A stretch of 64,000 nt of DNA from contig LNEY01000028.1 of assembly GCA_001464195.1 (NCBI GenBank), positions 5,865 to 69,864 of the forward strand, written 5' to 3'. The notes below the pieces were generated by a model. That model ran no database searches, was not told the DNA's origin, and saw only the letters and a list, made by a program, of their open reading frames with translations. Shown here one piece after another: positions 23,066 through 33,190 of the stretch. The number at the start of each line of letters is the position of its first letter. The stretch's first letter is position 1. The stretch comes from Burkholderiales bacterium Ga0077547. GTDB taxonomy: Bacteria > Pseudomonadota > Gammaproteobacteria > Burkholderiales > Burkholderiaceae_C. The translations under genes were made by a program, and so were the position numbers.

Positions 23066-24109
23066 ATGAAAGCTGCGGTACTGCACCAGTACAACGAGAC
23101 GCTGACCGGCGACTCCTTCGTGAACTACGAAGACGTGCCCGACCCGAAGATTGAAAACCCCACCGACGTCATCGTGCGCATCGGCGGTGCTGGCGTGTGC
23201 CGTACCGACCTGCATGTGGTCGAAGGCATCTGGCGCAGCAAGGTTGATGTCAAGCTGCCTTACATCATGGGCCATGAGAATGCAGGCTGGGTCGAAGCCA
23301 TCGGCTCTGCTGTGACCGGCGTCAAGGTCGGCGATGCAGTCATTTGCCACCCGCTGGTGACCAGCGGTCACTGCCTGGCTTGCCGTCGCGGCGCTGACAT
23401 GCAAGCCGAAGAAAGCAGCTTCCCTGGCATCAACGCCAATGGCGGCTACGCCGAATACCTGCGCACGGGTCAGCGCTCGCTGATCAAGCTGCCGAAGAGC
23501 CTGTCTCCAAAGGACGTTGCACCTTACACCGACGCCGGTCTGACCGCCTATCGCGCAGCCAAGAAGGCTTCGCGCCACCTGCTGCCAGGCGAGTACGCCG
23601 TGGTGATCGGCGCCGGCGGTCTGGGCCACATCGGCATCCAGGTGCTGGCCGCGCTGTGCGCTGCTGAAATCATCGTCGTCGACCGTGGCGACATGGCCCT
23701 GCAACTTGCCAAGGAATGCGGTGCGCATCACCTGGTCAAGGCCGACGGCACCGAAGTGGATCAAGTTATGGCACTGACCGGCGGCAAGGGCGCCCAGGCC
23801 GTGATCGACTTCGTTGGTGAGGGCGATGCCATTGCCAAGGGTTTGGCAATGACGAGCACTGCCGGCAGCTACTACATCGTCGGCTACGGCGGCAAGATCG
23901 ACATTCCGGCGCTGGACCTGATCACCGCGGAAAAGAACATCGTCGGTTGCCTGGTTGGTACTTATCCGGAACTGGTCGAACTGATGGCGCTGGCTGATCG
24001 CGGTCTGGTGCATCTGGCCACGCGCGAGTACAAGCTCAAGGATGCGAACCAAGCGCTTCTCGATCTGCACCACGGCAAGATCAAGGGCCGTGCGGTCTTG
24101 ATTCCCTGA
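23066..24109 (+). CDS. Zinc-dependent NAD(P) alcohol dehydrogenase
   Basis: Motifs CRTDLH, GHENAG and GAGGLGH. 347 aa. Confidence 0.9.
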   Translation: MKAAVLHQYNETLTGDSFVNYEDVPDPKIENPTDVIVRIGGAGVCRTDLHVVEGIWRSKVDVKLPYIMGHENAGWVEAIGSAVTGVKVGDAVICHPLVTSGHCLACRRGADMQAEESSFPGINANGGYAEYLRTGQRSLIKLPKSLSPKDVAPYTDAGLTAYRAAKKASRHLLPGEYAVVIGAGGLGHIGIQVLAALCAAEIIVVDRGDMALQLAKECGAHHLVKADGTEVDQVMALTGGKGAQAVIDFVGEGDAIAKGLAMTSTAGSYYIVGYGGKIDIPALDLITAEKNIVGCLVGTYPELVELMALADRGLVHLATREYKLKDANQALLDLHHGKIKGRAVLIP

Positions 24110-24182
24110 TCGATCACAGGCGAGGTGGCTGGGCCGCGCCGCAAGACGGCGCTGCAAAGCCATCGGCAAGTGGAAGAACAAG

Positions 24183-24212
24183 CGGGCTGCTCCATTCGGG
24201 CAGCCCGTTTTT
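24183..24212 (+). terminator. Rho-independent terminator after the alcohol dehydrogenase gene
   Basis: Stem CGGGCTGC (24183-24190) pairs with GCAGCCCG (24200-24207), followed by TTTTT. Confidence 0.8.
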
Positions 24213-24330
24213 CGTTGGCGGTCCCGAGTCCAACCCACGCACTGCGTTTCAGAGGGGGTCATGATGTCGACCCGTCTGCTTGCAGAGACAGGTTCTTCGG
24301 CGGGCATTTCAGCTTCACACCCCACACCGG

Positions 24331-25224
24331 ATGTTGCGACGCATCAAACTTCAAGCGCCGCCGGCACAGGCGCCACAGCCGACGCCAGCTGGCGCCTCGG
24401 TGGCGGGTCCCGGCCCAGTGGTCGGGGTCGACTTCACGAGCCGGCCTTCGAAGCGCAAGCCCATCGTTGTTGCGCTCGGGCGGTTCGACGGCCAGAGCGT
24501 TCGGTTGGAGGGCATTCAGTCCCACAGCAGCTTCGACGACTTCATCGCCTGGCTGCAGGCGCCGGGCGATTGGGTGGGCGCCTTCGACCTGCCGTTCGGA
24601 CTGCCGCGCGAACTGATCGAGACCCTGGGCTGGCCCACCGGCTGGTTGTCGCTGATGCGGCACTACGCTGCGCTGTCGCGGGAGCAGATCCGCGACACCT
24701 TTGCGGCGTTCTGCAACGCCCGACCGGTTGGGCACAAGTTCGCACACCGGGGTTGCGATGGGCCCGCGGGGTCGTCGCCGTCGATGAAGTGGGTCAACCC
24801 ACCCGTGGCTTTCATGCTGCATGCGGGCGTGCCCCTGCTGATCGAGGCCGGTGTGCACCTGCCGGGCCTGCATCCCGGTGACCAGCGGCGAGTGGCGGTC
24901 GAGGGGTATCCGGGGCTGCTGGCGCGCGCGGTGGTGGGCCACCGTTCCTACAAGAGCGATGACAAGGCGAAGCAGACGCCTGAGCGACTGATCGCCCGCA
25001 AAGACCTGGTCGATGCGCTCGAGCAGGGCCGCACGCCATTGGGCCTGCGCTTGCGCCTGAGCCATGCGCAGCGAGATGCACTCGTCGCTGATGCCAGCGG
25101 CGACCGGCTCGATGCCGTGCTGTGTCTGTTGCAAGCCGCCTGGGCACGCACGCAGCCGGACCACGGCCGACCGGCGGATGCCGATCCGCTGGAAGGCTGG
25201 ATCGTGACGGCCGGGGTGGTGTGA
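24331..25224 (+). CDS. DUF429-like predicted RNase H-fold nuclease
   Basis: VVGVDFTS near the N-terminus, EGYPGL, and C-terminal [14 protein letters not shown] resemble DUF429 acidic motifs (recognised from memory). Start uncertain: ATG 24331 or GTG 24400. The stop lies 4 nt before the helicase start. Confidence 0.55.
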   Translation: MLRRIKLQAPPAQAPQPTPAGASVAGPGPVVGVDFTSRPSKRKPIVVALGRFDGQSVRLEGIQSHSSFDDFIAWLQAPGDWVGAFDLPFGLPRELIETLGWPTGWLSLMRHYAALSREQIRDTFAAFCNARPVGHKFAHRGCDGPAGSSPSMKWVNPPVAFMLHAGVPLLIEAGVHLPGLHPGDQRRVAVEGYPGLLARAVVGHRSYKSDDKAKQTPERLIARKDLVDALEQGRTPLGLRLRLSHAQRDALVADASGDRLDAVLCLLQAAWARTQPDHGRPADADPLEGWIVTAGVV

Positions 25225-25228
25225 GGCG

Positions 25229-27742
25229 GTGAGTACGTCGCCCAAGCGGCGTGCTGTGCCAGCGCGCGGGGCTCCCTTGGCCGACGATTGGTTCGCCGCG
25301 CGCGGCTGGCAGCCCTTCGAGTTCCAGCGTGAGGTCTGGGCGGCGATGGTCGCCGGCCGCAGTGGTCTGCTGCATGCAACCACGGGCAGCGGCAAGACCT
25401 ACGCGGTCTGGTTCGGCGCGCTGCTGCGCGGCCTGTCACTCGGTGCGTCCAGCCCGGCGTCGGCCCCACCGCTCGGTGTGCTCTGGTTGACGCCGATGCG
25501 TGCGCTGGCCGCCGACACCACCCACGCGCTGCAGCTGCCGTTGTCCGACTTGGCGCCGCATTGGAGCATCGGCCAACGCACCGGCGACACCGCATCGGCC
25601 GAGCGTGCGCGACAGGACCGGCGCCTGCCGACAGCGTTGGTCACCACGCCCGAATCGCTGTGTCTCCTGCTCGCCCGCGAGCATGCGGCCAGGGAACTGG
25701 CCGGCGTGCACACGGTGATCGTGGACGAATGGCACGAGCTGATGGGCAACAAGCGCGGTGTGCAGGTGCAGCTGGCGCTGGCGCGGCTCAAACGCTGGAA
25801 CCCGGCGCTGGTGGTGTGGGGGCTGAGTGCCACGCTGGGCAATCTGGATGATGCCAAGCGGGTGCTGCTCGGTGGCCGCGCGGAAAACGACGATCAAGGC
25901 CTCACGGTGCAGGGCCGCATTGACAAGACACTGCTGATCGACACCCTGCTGCCCGAGAACCCCGGCCGCTTCTCTTGGGGTGGCCACCTCGGCGCGCAGA
26001 TGCTGCAGCCTGTGATCGCCGAGATCGACAGCGCAGCCACGACGCTCGTCTTCACCAACACCCGATCGCAGGCCGAGATCTGGTACCAGCTGCTGTTGCG
26101 CGAACGGCCCGACTGGGCCGGTATCGTGGCGCTGCACCACGGTTCCCTCGACAAGACGGTGCGCGAATGGGTCGAAGCCGGGTTGAAGCAGGGGCAGCTG
26201 AAGGCCGTGGTCTGCACCTCGTCGTTGGACCTCGGTGTCGACTTCCTGCCGGTCGAGCGCGTGTTGCAGATCGGCAGCGCCAAGGGTGTGGCGCGCCTGC
26301 TGCAACGCGCCGGCCGCAGTGGCCATGCGCCCGGGCGCCCGAGCCGTGTGACGCTGGTGCCGACGAACACACTCGAGCTGGTCGAAGCGGCCGCCGCGCG
26401 CCGCGCCGCGCTGGCCGGGCGCATCGAAAAGCGCGCGTCGCCCGACAAGCCGCTCGACGTGCTGGTGCAGCACCTGGTGACGGTGGCCCTCGGTGGTGGT
26501 TTTGCCGCCGACGCGATGTTCGAAGAAGTGTGTTCTGCACCGGCCTACCGAGACTTGACCCGCGACGAGTTCCAGTGGGCGCTCGGCTTCGTCGAAGGTG
26601 CCGCGGGCAGCCTCGCCGCCTATCCGGAGTACCACCGAGTGCAGAACATCGACGGTGTCTTTCGCGTGCCGGACCGTGGCATTGCCAAGCGTCACCGGCT
26701 GGCCATCGGCACCATCGTCAGCGATGCCTCGATGCAGGTGAAGTACCTGAGCGGCGGCACCATCGGCAGCATCGAGGAGGGCTTCATTGCCCGGCTGCGC
26801 AAGGGAGACTGCTTCGTGTTTGCGGGCCGTGTGCTCGAGTATCTGCGCACGCAGGACATGACCGCCTATGTGCAGCGCGCCACGAAGAATAAGGGCGTGG
26901 TGCCGAGCTGGGCTGGCGGCAAGATGCCGCTCTCCAGCGAACTGGCCGATGCGGTGCTCGAACTGTTGGCAGTGGCTGCGAAAGCGGAGGACCGTCGGAT
27001 GGTGAACGAGCCCGAGATGCGCGCGGCCTTGCCCATGCTGCAGACGCAAGCGCGCTTATCTAGGCTGCCGACACCCGACACCTTGTTGGTCGAGGTGTTC
27101 ACTTCCCGCGAGGGCCACCATGTGTATCTGTACCCGTTCGCGGGCCGCAACGTGCATCTGGGGCTGGCGAGCCTACTCGCGTGGCGGCTGGCGCGCGCCA
27201 AGCCCAACACCTTCAGCGTCAGCGTCAATGACTACGGCTTCGAATTGCTCAGCGCCGAGCCGGTGGACCTCGCACCGCTGTTCGATGGTCGCTTGCTCGA
27301 CGCGGCCGATCTGTTGCCCGACGTGCTGCACAGCCTGAACAGTGGCGAGCTCGCACAGCGGCGCTTTCGTGAGATCGCGCGCGTGGCGGGCCTGGTGTTC
27401 ACCGGCTATCCCGGTGCGCCGAAGAGCACCCGGCAACTGCAGGCTTCGAGCAGCCTGTTCTTCGAGGTGTTCAAGAAGTACGACGCTGGCAATCTGCTGC
27501 TGACTCAGGCCCAGGCCGAGGTGCTGAGTCAGGAGTTGGACGTCGGTCGTTTGCGCACGACCCTGAGCCGCATGGCGGCTCTGGCCATCGAGCGCGTCCA
27601 CTTGAAAGCACCCAGCCCGTTCAGCTTGCCGCTGATGGTCGAGCGATTGCGCGAGAAATTGACGACCGAGAAGCTCGCCGACCGTCTGGCGCGCATCGTG
27701 CGTGATGCCGAGCGCGCGGCGGACAGGGCGGTGCGCTGCTGA
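25229..27742 (+). CDS. Ligase-associated DNA damage response DEXH-box helicase (Lhr-like)
   Basis: 837 aa. [18 protein letters not shown]-terminus, Walker [16 protein letters not shown] box, and helicase C motifs ([10 protein letters not shown]). GTG start. Confidence 0.92.
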   Translation: MSTSPKRRAVPARGAPLADDWFAARGWQPFEFQREVWAAMVAGRSGLLHATTGSGKTYAVWFGALLRGLSLGASSPASAPPLGVLWLTPMRALAADTTHALQLPLSDLAPHWSIGQRTGDTASAERARQDRRLPTALVTTPESLCLLLAREHAARELAGVHTVIVDEWHELMGNKRGVQVQLALARLKRWNPALVVWGLSATLGNLDDAKRVLLGGRAENDDQGLTVQGRIDKTLLIDTLLPENPGRFSWGGHLGAQMLQPVIAEIDSAATTLVFTNTRSQAEIWYQLLLRERPDWAGIVALHHGSLDKTVREWVEAGLKQGQLKAVVCTSSLDLGVDFLPVERVLQIGSAKGVARLLQRAGRSGHAPGRPSRVTLVPTNTLELVEAAAARRAALAGRIEKRASPDKPLDVLVQHLVTVALGGGFAADAMFEEVCSAPAYRDLTRDEFQWALGFVEGAAGSLAAYPEYHRVQNIDGVFRVPDRGIAKRHRLAIGTIVSDASMQVKYLSGGTIGSIEEGFIARLRKGDCFVFAGRVLEYLRTQDMTAYVQRATKNKGVVPSWAGGKMPLSSELADAVLELLAVAAKAEDRRMVNEPEMRAALPMLQTQARLSRLPTPDTLLVEVFTSREGHHVYLYPFAGRNVHLGLASLLAWRLARAKPNTFSVSVNDYGFELLSAEPVDLAPLFDGRLLDAADLLPDVLHSLNSGELAQRRFREIARVAGLVFTGYPGAPKSTRQLQASSSLFFEVFKKYDAGNLLLTQAQAEVLSQELDVGRLRTTLSRMAALAIERVHLKAPSPFSLPLMVERLREKLTTEKLADRLARIVRDAERAADRAVRC

Positions 27743-27792
27743 GCGTCATACCGCCCTCTTATCATCGAACCAGCACGACACCGGATTGCCAC

Positions 27793-28650
27793 TTGGACTT
27801 CACCCTGCTGCTCAAAGCCGCCCTGATGGGCATCGTCGAAGGGCTGACGGAGTTCCTGCCCATCTCCAGCACCGGCCACCTGATCCTCGCCGGTTCGCTG
27901 CTCGACTTCACCGGCGAAACCGCCAAGGTGTTCGACATCGCGATCCAGACCGGTGCGATGTTCGCCGTCATCTGGCAGTACCGGGTGCGCCTGCAGGCCA
28001 CCGTCAGCGGCCTGGGCAGCGATCCGGTCGCTCGGCGGTTCGCCCTCAACGTGCTGATCGCCTTCATTCCGGCGGTGGTGATGGGCCTGGCCTTCGGCAA
28101 GGCGGTGAAGGAGCATCTGTTTCACCCCGTACCGGTGGCGATGGCGTTCATCGTCGGCGGCGTCATCATCCTGTGGGTCGAAGCGCGGCAGAAGCGCTTG
28201 TACGGTGCTGCGGACACCGAAGGCACGCGGCGCGCACGGGTCCAGACGGTCGATGACATGGGGCCGATGGATGCGCTGAAGGTCGGGCTGCTGCAATGCC
28301 TGGCTTTGATCCCGGGCACCAGCCGTTCGGGGGCCACCATCATCGGCGGCATGGTGCTGGGCTTCTCGCGCAAGGCCGCCACCGAATTCAGCTTCTTCCT
28401 CGGCATCCCGACGCTGATGGGCGCTGGAGCGTATGCGCTGTGGAAGCAGCGCGAGGCCTTGCACGTCAGCGATCTGCCGATGTTCGCGGTCGGCCTCGTG
28501 TTCGCGTTCTTCAGCGCACTGCTGTGCATCCGCTGGCTGATCCGCTTCGTGTCCACCCACGATTTCGTCGTCTTCGCCTGGTACCGCATCGTGTTCGGCG
28601 GCATCGTGCTTCTGACCGCCTGGCAGGGCTGGGTGAACTGGGCCGATTGA
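27793..28650 (+). CDS. uppP: Undecaprenyl-diphosphate phosphatase
   Basis: Motifs [18 protein letters not shown] and [10 protein letters not shown]. Multi-pass membrane protein. TTG start at 27793. Confidence 0.93.
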   Translation: MDFTLLLKAALMGIVEGLTEFLPISSTGHLILAGSLLDFTGETAKVFDIAIQTGAMFAVIWQYRVRLQATVSGLGSDPVARRFALNVLIAFIPAVVMGLAFGKAVKEHLFHPVPVAMAFIVGGVIILWVEARQKRLYGAADTEGTRRARVQTVDDMGPMDALKVGLLQCLALIPGTSRSGATIIGGMVLGFSRKAATEFSFFLGIPTLMGAGAYALWKQREALHVSDLPMFAVGLVFAFFSALLCIRWLIRFVSTHDFVVFAWYRIVFGGIVLLTAWQGWVNWAD

Positions 28651-28675
28651 CATGTGTGTTTGCCTGGCAGGCACC

Positions 28676-28809
28676 GCGCCGGGTGTTCGCCCCGGCGGGC
28701 GAGTCACTTTTTTCTGCTGGCCCAGAAAAAAGTAACCAAAAAAGAGGGCCCGAACACCAGCCATTTGGTGAGCACGCTCCGGCTACAGGTGGACTGCCAA
28801 AGCTCTGGC
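28676..28809 (+). repeat. Repeat unit A (~134 nt) with two internal hairpins
   Basis: GC hairpin 28677-28683/28691-28697. A/T hairpin ACTTTTTTCTG (28706-28716) pairs with CAGAAAAAAGT (28723-28733). The 22-nt core GGGCCCGAACACCAGCCATTTG (28746-28767) matches 28954-28975 perfectly in inverted orientation. Confidence 0.85.
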
Positions 28810-28911
28810 ACAAGAAGCCACACCGAGGACCCGAAGGGTCGAGGCGTCGCGAGACCGCATGTTTGAACCTGAGCGAGGTAACCGTGGCAGTAGTTCGGAG
28901 AATGTTCTCGA

Positions 28912-29044
28912 GCCAGAGCCTCTGAAGTAGGCGTGTAGCCGAAGCGAGCCGATCAAATGGCTGGTGTTCGGGCCCTTTGCTTTGGTGACTTTCATTTGGG
29001 CCCGCAAATGAAAGTTACTCGGCAGCCGGGCCGAGACCCGGCGC
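28912..29044 (-). repeat. Repeat unit B (inverted copy of unit A)
   Basis: The reverse complement aligns with unit A along its whole length. Hairpin ACTTTCATTTG (28988-28998) pairs with CAAATGAAAGT (29005-29015). GC hairpin 29025-29030/29037-29042. Confidence 0.85.
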
Positions 29045-29136
29045 GGTCTCCCACAGGACATAAGCCCTTCGCAGAAGCAACCGCCGGCGCGCTGCATCGC
29101 CATGCAATCAACCGTGCCGTGTAGCATGCGCCCGCA

Positions 29137-30385
29137 ATGCAAATCCCCTACGAACTCCAGATTGGCTGGCGCTACACCCGCGCGGGGCGCAGCGGTCGGC
29201 GCAACGGCTTCATCTCCTTTATTTCGGGCGTGTCGATGCTGGGCATCGCGCTTGGCGTGGCGGCGCTGATCATCGTGCTGTCGGTGATGAACGGCTTCCA
29301 GAAAGAGGTGCGTGACCGGATGCTCTTGGTGGTCTCGCATGTCGAGATCTACCAGTCGCGCGGTGAGGCTTTGTCGGAATGGCAGGCCACCGCGGCACAG
29401 GCTCGCTTGAACCCCCAGGTGATCGGCGCATCGCCGTTCATCGCCGCGCAGGCGCTGATCGCGCGTGGTGATGACATGCGTGGTGCCATCGTGCGGGGCA
29501 TCTCACCTGCGGAGGAGGCCACCGTCACCGATCTTGCGGCGCAGCTGCGTGACACCACGCTGGCCCCGTTGGTGCCCGGCTGCTGGTGCATCGTGCTCGG
29601 GGGCGAGCTGGCCCGCAGTCTGGGTGTGGAGGTGGGCGACAAGGTGACCATCGTCGCGCCCGGCGGGCAGGTCACGCCGGCCGGTGTGGTGCCGCGGCTC
29701 AAACAGCTGACGCTGGTGGGCACCTTCAATGCGGGCCACTTCGAATACGACAGCGGCCTCGCGTTGATGCACGTAGACGATGCCGCGCGGCTGTTCCGCG
29801 TTGCGGGCCCGACCGGGGTTCAGCTGCGCCTGAAGGATGCGCAACAGGCGCGCGAGGTGGGTGATGAGCTCCAGGTGCGCCTCGGCTCCACGGTGCGAGT
29901 GAATGACTGGACGCGCACCAACCGCAACTGGTTCCAGGCGGTGCAGATCGAGAAGCGGCTGATGTTCATCATCCTGACGCTGATCGTCGCGGTGGCAGCT
30001 TTCAACCTTGTCAGCACGCTGGTCATGACGGTGACCGACAAGCAGGCCGACATCGCCATCCTGCGCACGCTGGGCGCGAGTCCGCGCTCGATCATGGGGA
30101 TCTTCATGGTGCAGGGCGCGGCCTCGGGGGTGATGGGCACGCTGGGCGGCATGGTGCTGGGTCTGGGTGTCGCCTACAACATCGACGTCATCGTGCCGGC
30201 GATCGAGCGTGCACTGCACACCAGCTTCCTGCCCAGCAGCGTCTACCTGATCAGCCACATGCCGAGCGATCCGCAGAGCAGCGACATCGTGCCGATCGTG
30301 CTGATCTCGCTGGCGCTCGCTTTCGTGGCCACGATCTACCCGAGCTGGCGCGCGAGCCGCGTGCAGCCAGCGGAGGCACTGCGCT

Positions 30386-30393
<8 letters not shown>
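29137..30393 (+). CDS. lolC: Lipoprotein-releasing ABC transporter permease LolC/LolE family
   Basis: 418 aa. MacB/FtsX topology with [19 protein letters not shown]-terminus and a periplasmic domain. Overlaps lolD by 8 nt. Confidence 0.9.
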
Positions 30394-31081
<688 letters not shown>

Positions 31082-31096
31082 CCGCGGCATCGGCGC

Positions 31097-31936
31097 ATGC
31101 GCTGGGTCGACACCCATTGCCACCTGGACGCCCCCGAGTTCGGCGGCCATTCCGACGCGGTGGTGGTGCGGGCCCGGGCGGCAGGCGTGGTGCAGATGGT
31201 GGTACCCGCGGTTGAGCGGGCAAACTTCGACGCCGTGCGCGATCTGGCACATGCGAACGACCTGACCTACGCACTCGGTATCCATCCGCTGTATGTCGGT
31301 CGCGCGGTCGACGCTGACATCGATCGGCTGGCCGCAGCGCTCGAGGCCCACCGACACGATCCACGGCTGGTCGCGGTCGGCGAGATCGGCCTCGACCATT
31401 TCGTGCCAGGCACCGACCGCGCACGTCAGGAGCGGTTCTATGAAGCTCAGCTGGGTCTTGCGCGCGAGTTCCAGCTCCCAGCGATCCTGCATGTGCGCCG
31501 CTCGGCAGACACGCTGCTGAAGCACCTGCGCCGCACGCCGGTGCCGGGCGGTATCGCGCATGCCTTCAATGGCAGCGAGCAGCAGGCGTTGGCCTTCATC
31601 GCGCTGGGCTTCAAGCTGGGGTTCGGCGGCGCGATGACCTTCGAGCGCGCGCTGCAGTTGCGACGCCTTGCCCAGACCCTGCCGTTGCAGGCCCTCGTGC
31701 TGGAAACCGATGCGCCGGACATTCCGCCGCAGTGGCTGTACCGCACGGCGGCTCAACGCCAATCCGACCCCGATGCGGCGGTGCCCAACGAGCCCGCGCA
31801 GTTGCCGCGCATCGCCCAGACGCTGGCCGCACTGCGCGGCATCAGCCTCGCCGAGGTGGCCGAGGCCGCGATGGCCAATGCCTGCGTCGCGCTGCCGAAG
31901 CTCGGGCGGGCGCCGAGCCAGCCCGGCGACACATGA
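31097..31936 (+). CDS. TatD family metal-dependent hydrolase/DNase
   Basis: WVDTHCHLD N-terminal motif, with GEIGLD and HAFNGS motifs. Confidence 0.88.
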   Translation: MRWVDTHCHLDAPEFGGHSDAVVVRARAAGVVQMVVPAVERANFDAVRDLAHANDLTYALGIHPLYVGRAVDADIDRLAAALEAHRHDPRLVAVGEIGLDHFVPGTDRARQERFYEAQLGLAREFQLPAILHVRRSADTLLKHLRRTPVPGGIAHAFNGSEQQALAFIALGFKLGFGGAMTFERALQLRRLAQTLPLQALVLETDAPDIPPQWLYRTAAQRQSDPDAAVPNEPAQLPRIAQTLAALRGISLAEVAEAAMANACVALPKLGRAPSQPGDT

Positions 31937-32481
31937 AGCGGCAGGCCTCGGTGGCATGCAAGTCGCCGCTTGTAGCCGCGCCAGCTCTTCCCCTGCTCGA
32001 CAGCCTGCCGCCGGTGGTCGCGCACGACACGCGGCTGGTGGTGCTCGGCAGCTTTCCGGGTGTGGCGTCGCTGCGTGCGCAGCAGTACTACGCGCACCCG
32101 CGCAACCAGTTCTGGCCCTTGCTGTCGGCCCTCTGGGGTATTGATCTGGTCGGGTTGCCCTACGAACAGCGGCTGGCCGAAGCACTCGCCCGCGGTTTGG
32201 GGCTGTGGGATGTCTATGCCCGTTGCCGGCGTGCAGGCAGCCTGGACAGCGCGATCCGCGACGCGGCGTTCAATGACCTGGCCAGCCTGACCCGGCGCGC
32301 CCCCGGCCTGCGGGCCATCGCGCACAACGGCGGCGAGTCGGCGCGCGCTCGGCGTCTGATCCAGGCGCTGGGGGTCACTGTGATTCGGCTTCCGTCCACC
32401 AGTCCGGCCCATGCGAGCTGGCGTTTCGACCGCAAGCTGGCTGCCCGGCGGGAGGCGTTCGCGGCGCACGGCTTGGTCTGA
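31933..32481 (+). CDS. DNA-deoxyinosine glycosylase (UDG superfamily)
   Basis: LVVLGSFPGVASLRAQQYYAHPRNQFWPLL motif. The ATG overlaps the tatD stop (ATGA at 31933-31936). Confidence 0.8.
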   Translation: MKRQASVACKSPLVAAPALPLLDSLPPVVAHDTRLVVLGSFPGVASLRAQQYYAHPRNQFWPLLSALWGIDLVGLPYEQRLAEALARGLGLWDVYARCRRAGSLDSAIRDAAFNDLASLTRRAPGLRAIAHNGGESARARRLIQALGVTVIRLPSTSPAHASWRFDRKLAARREAFAAHGLV

Positions 32482-32654
32482 TCGAAGCCCCCAGTGCATC
32501 CAATAGGCACCGTTCTGCGTACCATCAGGGTCGAAATTCGGTAATCTGTAAGGACTGTTGCCTGGCGGCGACTTGCTTCTACGCCACCACCGGCCCCAAC
32601 ATGCCAACGGCTCGACTGCTAGGCCCTTCTTCCACTTCATAAGGAACCACCGTG

Positions 32655-33104
32655 ATGACAAAACTGGCAATGGCATGCGTAGCAGCCGGGGCTCTGAGTG
32701 CTCAACCCGCGCAGGCGGCAACGCCCGCGAAGAAAGACGATGCGGCCTTGTCGGCAATGCTCGTCGGAACCTGGGTCAACCCGCCGGACAGCGCCGACTA
32801 CGAGGCCGTGCCGAGCAAGGAAGTCTTCAACGCCGACGGCACCTACACCTACACCGAGTTCGAGGACAACAAGTGCTCCAAGGTCTCGGCGGCCATCAGC
32901 TCCAAGTGGTACGTCTGGGACGGCACGCTGGTCGTGGAATTCCCGGATGGCAAGTCCCTGAAGGACGAGATCGTCAACATGGCGCCGAAAAAGATGGTGC
33001 TGCGTTCGATCGAAGACAGCCTGGTGTACCACCGCGTCCGCTCCGAGAAGTGCTTCTCGACCGCGATCAAGGCGAAGTCCGCGGTGTCGAAGTCGGCGAA
33101 CTGA
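32655..33104 (+). CDS. Secreted hypothetical protein
   Basis: Signal peptide MTKLAMACVAAGALSAQPAQA. Small beta-rich mature part with two Cys. RBS AAGGA lies upstream. Confidence 0.7.
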   Translation: MTKLAMACVAAGALSAQPAQAATPAKKDDAALSAMLVGTWVNPPDSADYEAVPSKEVFNADGTYTYTEFEDNKCSKVSAAISSKWYVWDGTLVVEFPDGKSLKDEIVNMAPKKMVLRSIEDSLVYHRVRSEKCFSTAIKAKSAVSKSAN

Positions 33105-33126
33105 ACTACGGGCCTGCACAAACAAA

Positions 33127-33164
33127 AGCCGGGCATTCGGGAAACCCCGAATGCCCGGCTTTTT
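33127..33164. terminator. Bidirectional rho-independent terminator
   Basis: Perfect 15-bp stem AGCCGGGCATTCGGG (33127-33141) pairs with CCCGAATGCCCGGCT (33146-33160). AAAA precedes it and TTTT follows. It sits between convergent genes. Confidence 0.9.
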
Positions 33165-33190
33165 GATGTGATGTGGTCAGTCCATCTGCA

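Noticed and set aside
24331-27742. The nuclease plus helicase pair as an anti-phage defence module.
   Set aside because: The helicase N-terminus and overall architecture match the ligase-associated Lhr-like repair helicase. The cognate exonuclease and ligase are on the same strand nearby. DNA repair is the more economical reading.
28677-28713. The GC hairpin plus downstream T6 as a classical intrinsic terminator for uppP.
   Set aside because: The T-run is separated from the stem by about 10 nt and is itself the 5' arm of the next hairpin. The same architecture recurs in the inverted copy, where there is no gene to terminate. It is therefore treated as part of the repeat unit, although a terminator function is not excluded.
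28654-29016. Both repeat units stay open in one frame and give similar peptides: ...FFLLAQKKVTKKEGPNTSHLVSTLRLQ... and ...NFHLRAQMKVTKAKGPNTSHLIGSLRLH....
   Set aside because: The left copy has no ATG in that frame and neither copy has an RBS. The differences in the hairpin region are compensatory at the nucleotide level rather than synonymous, and the similarity stops after about 40 codons. This fits a structured nucleic-acid element better than a small protein.
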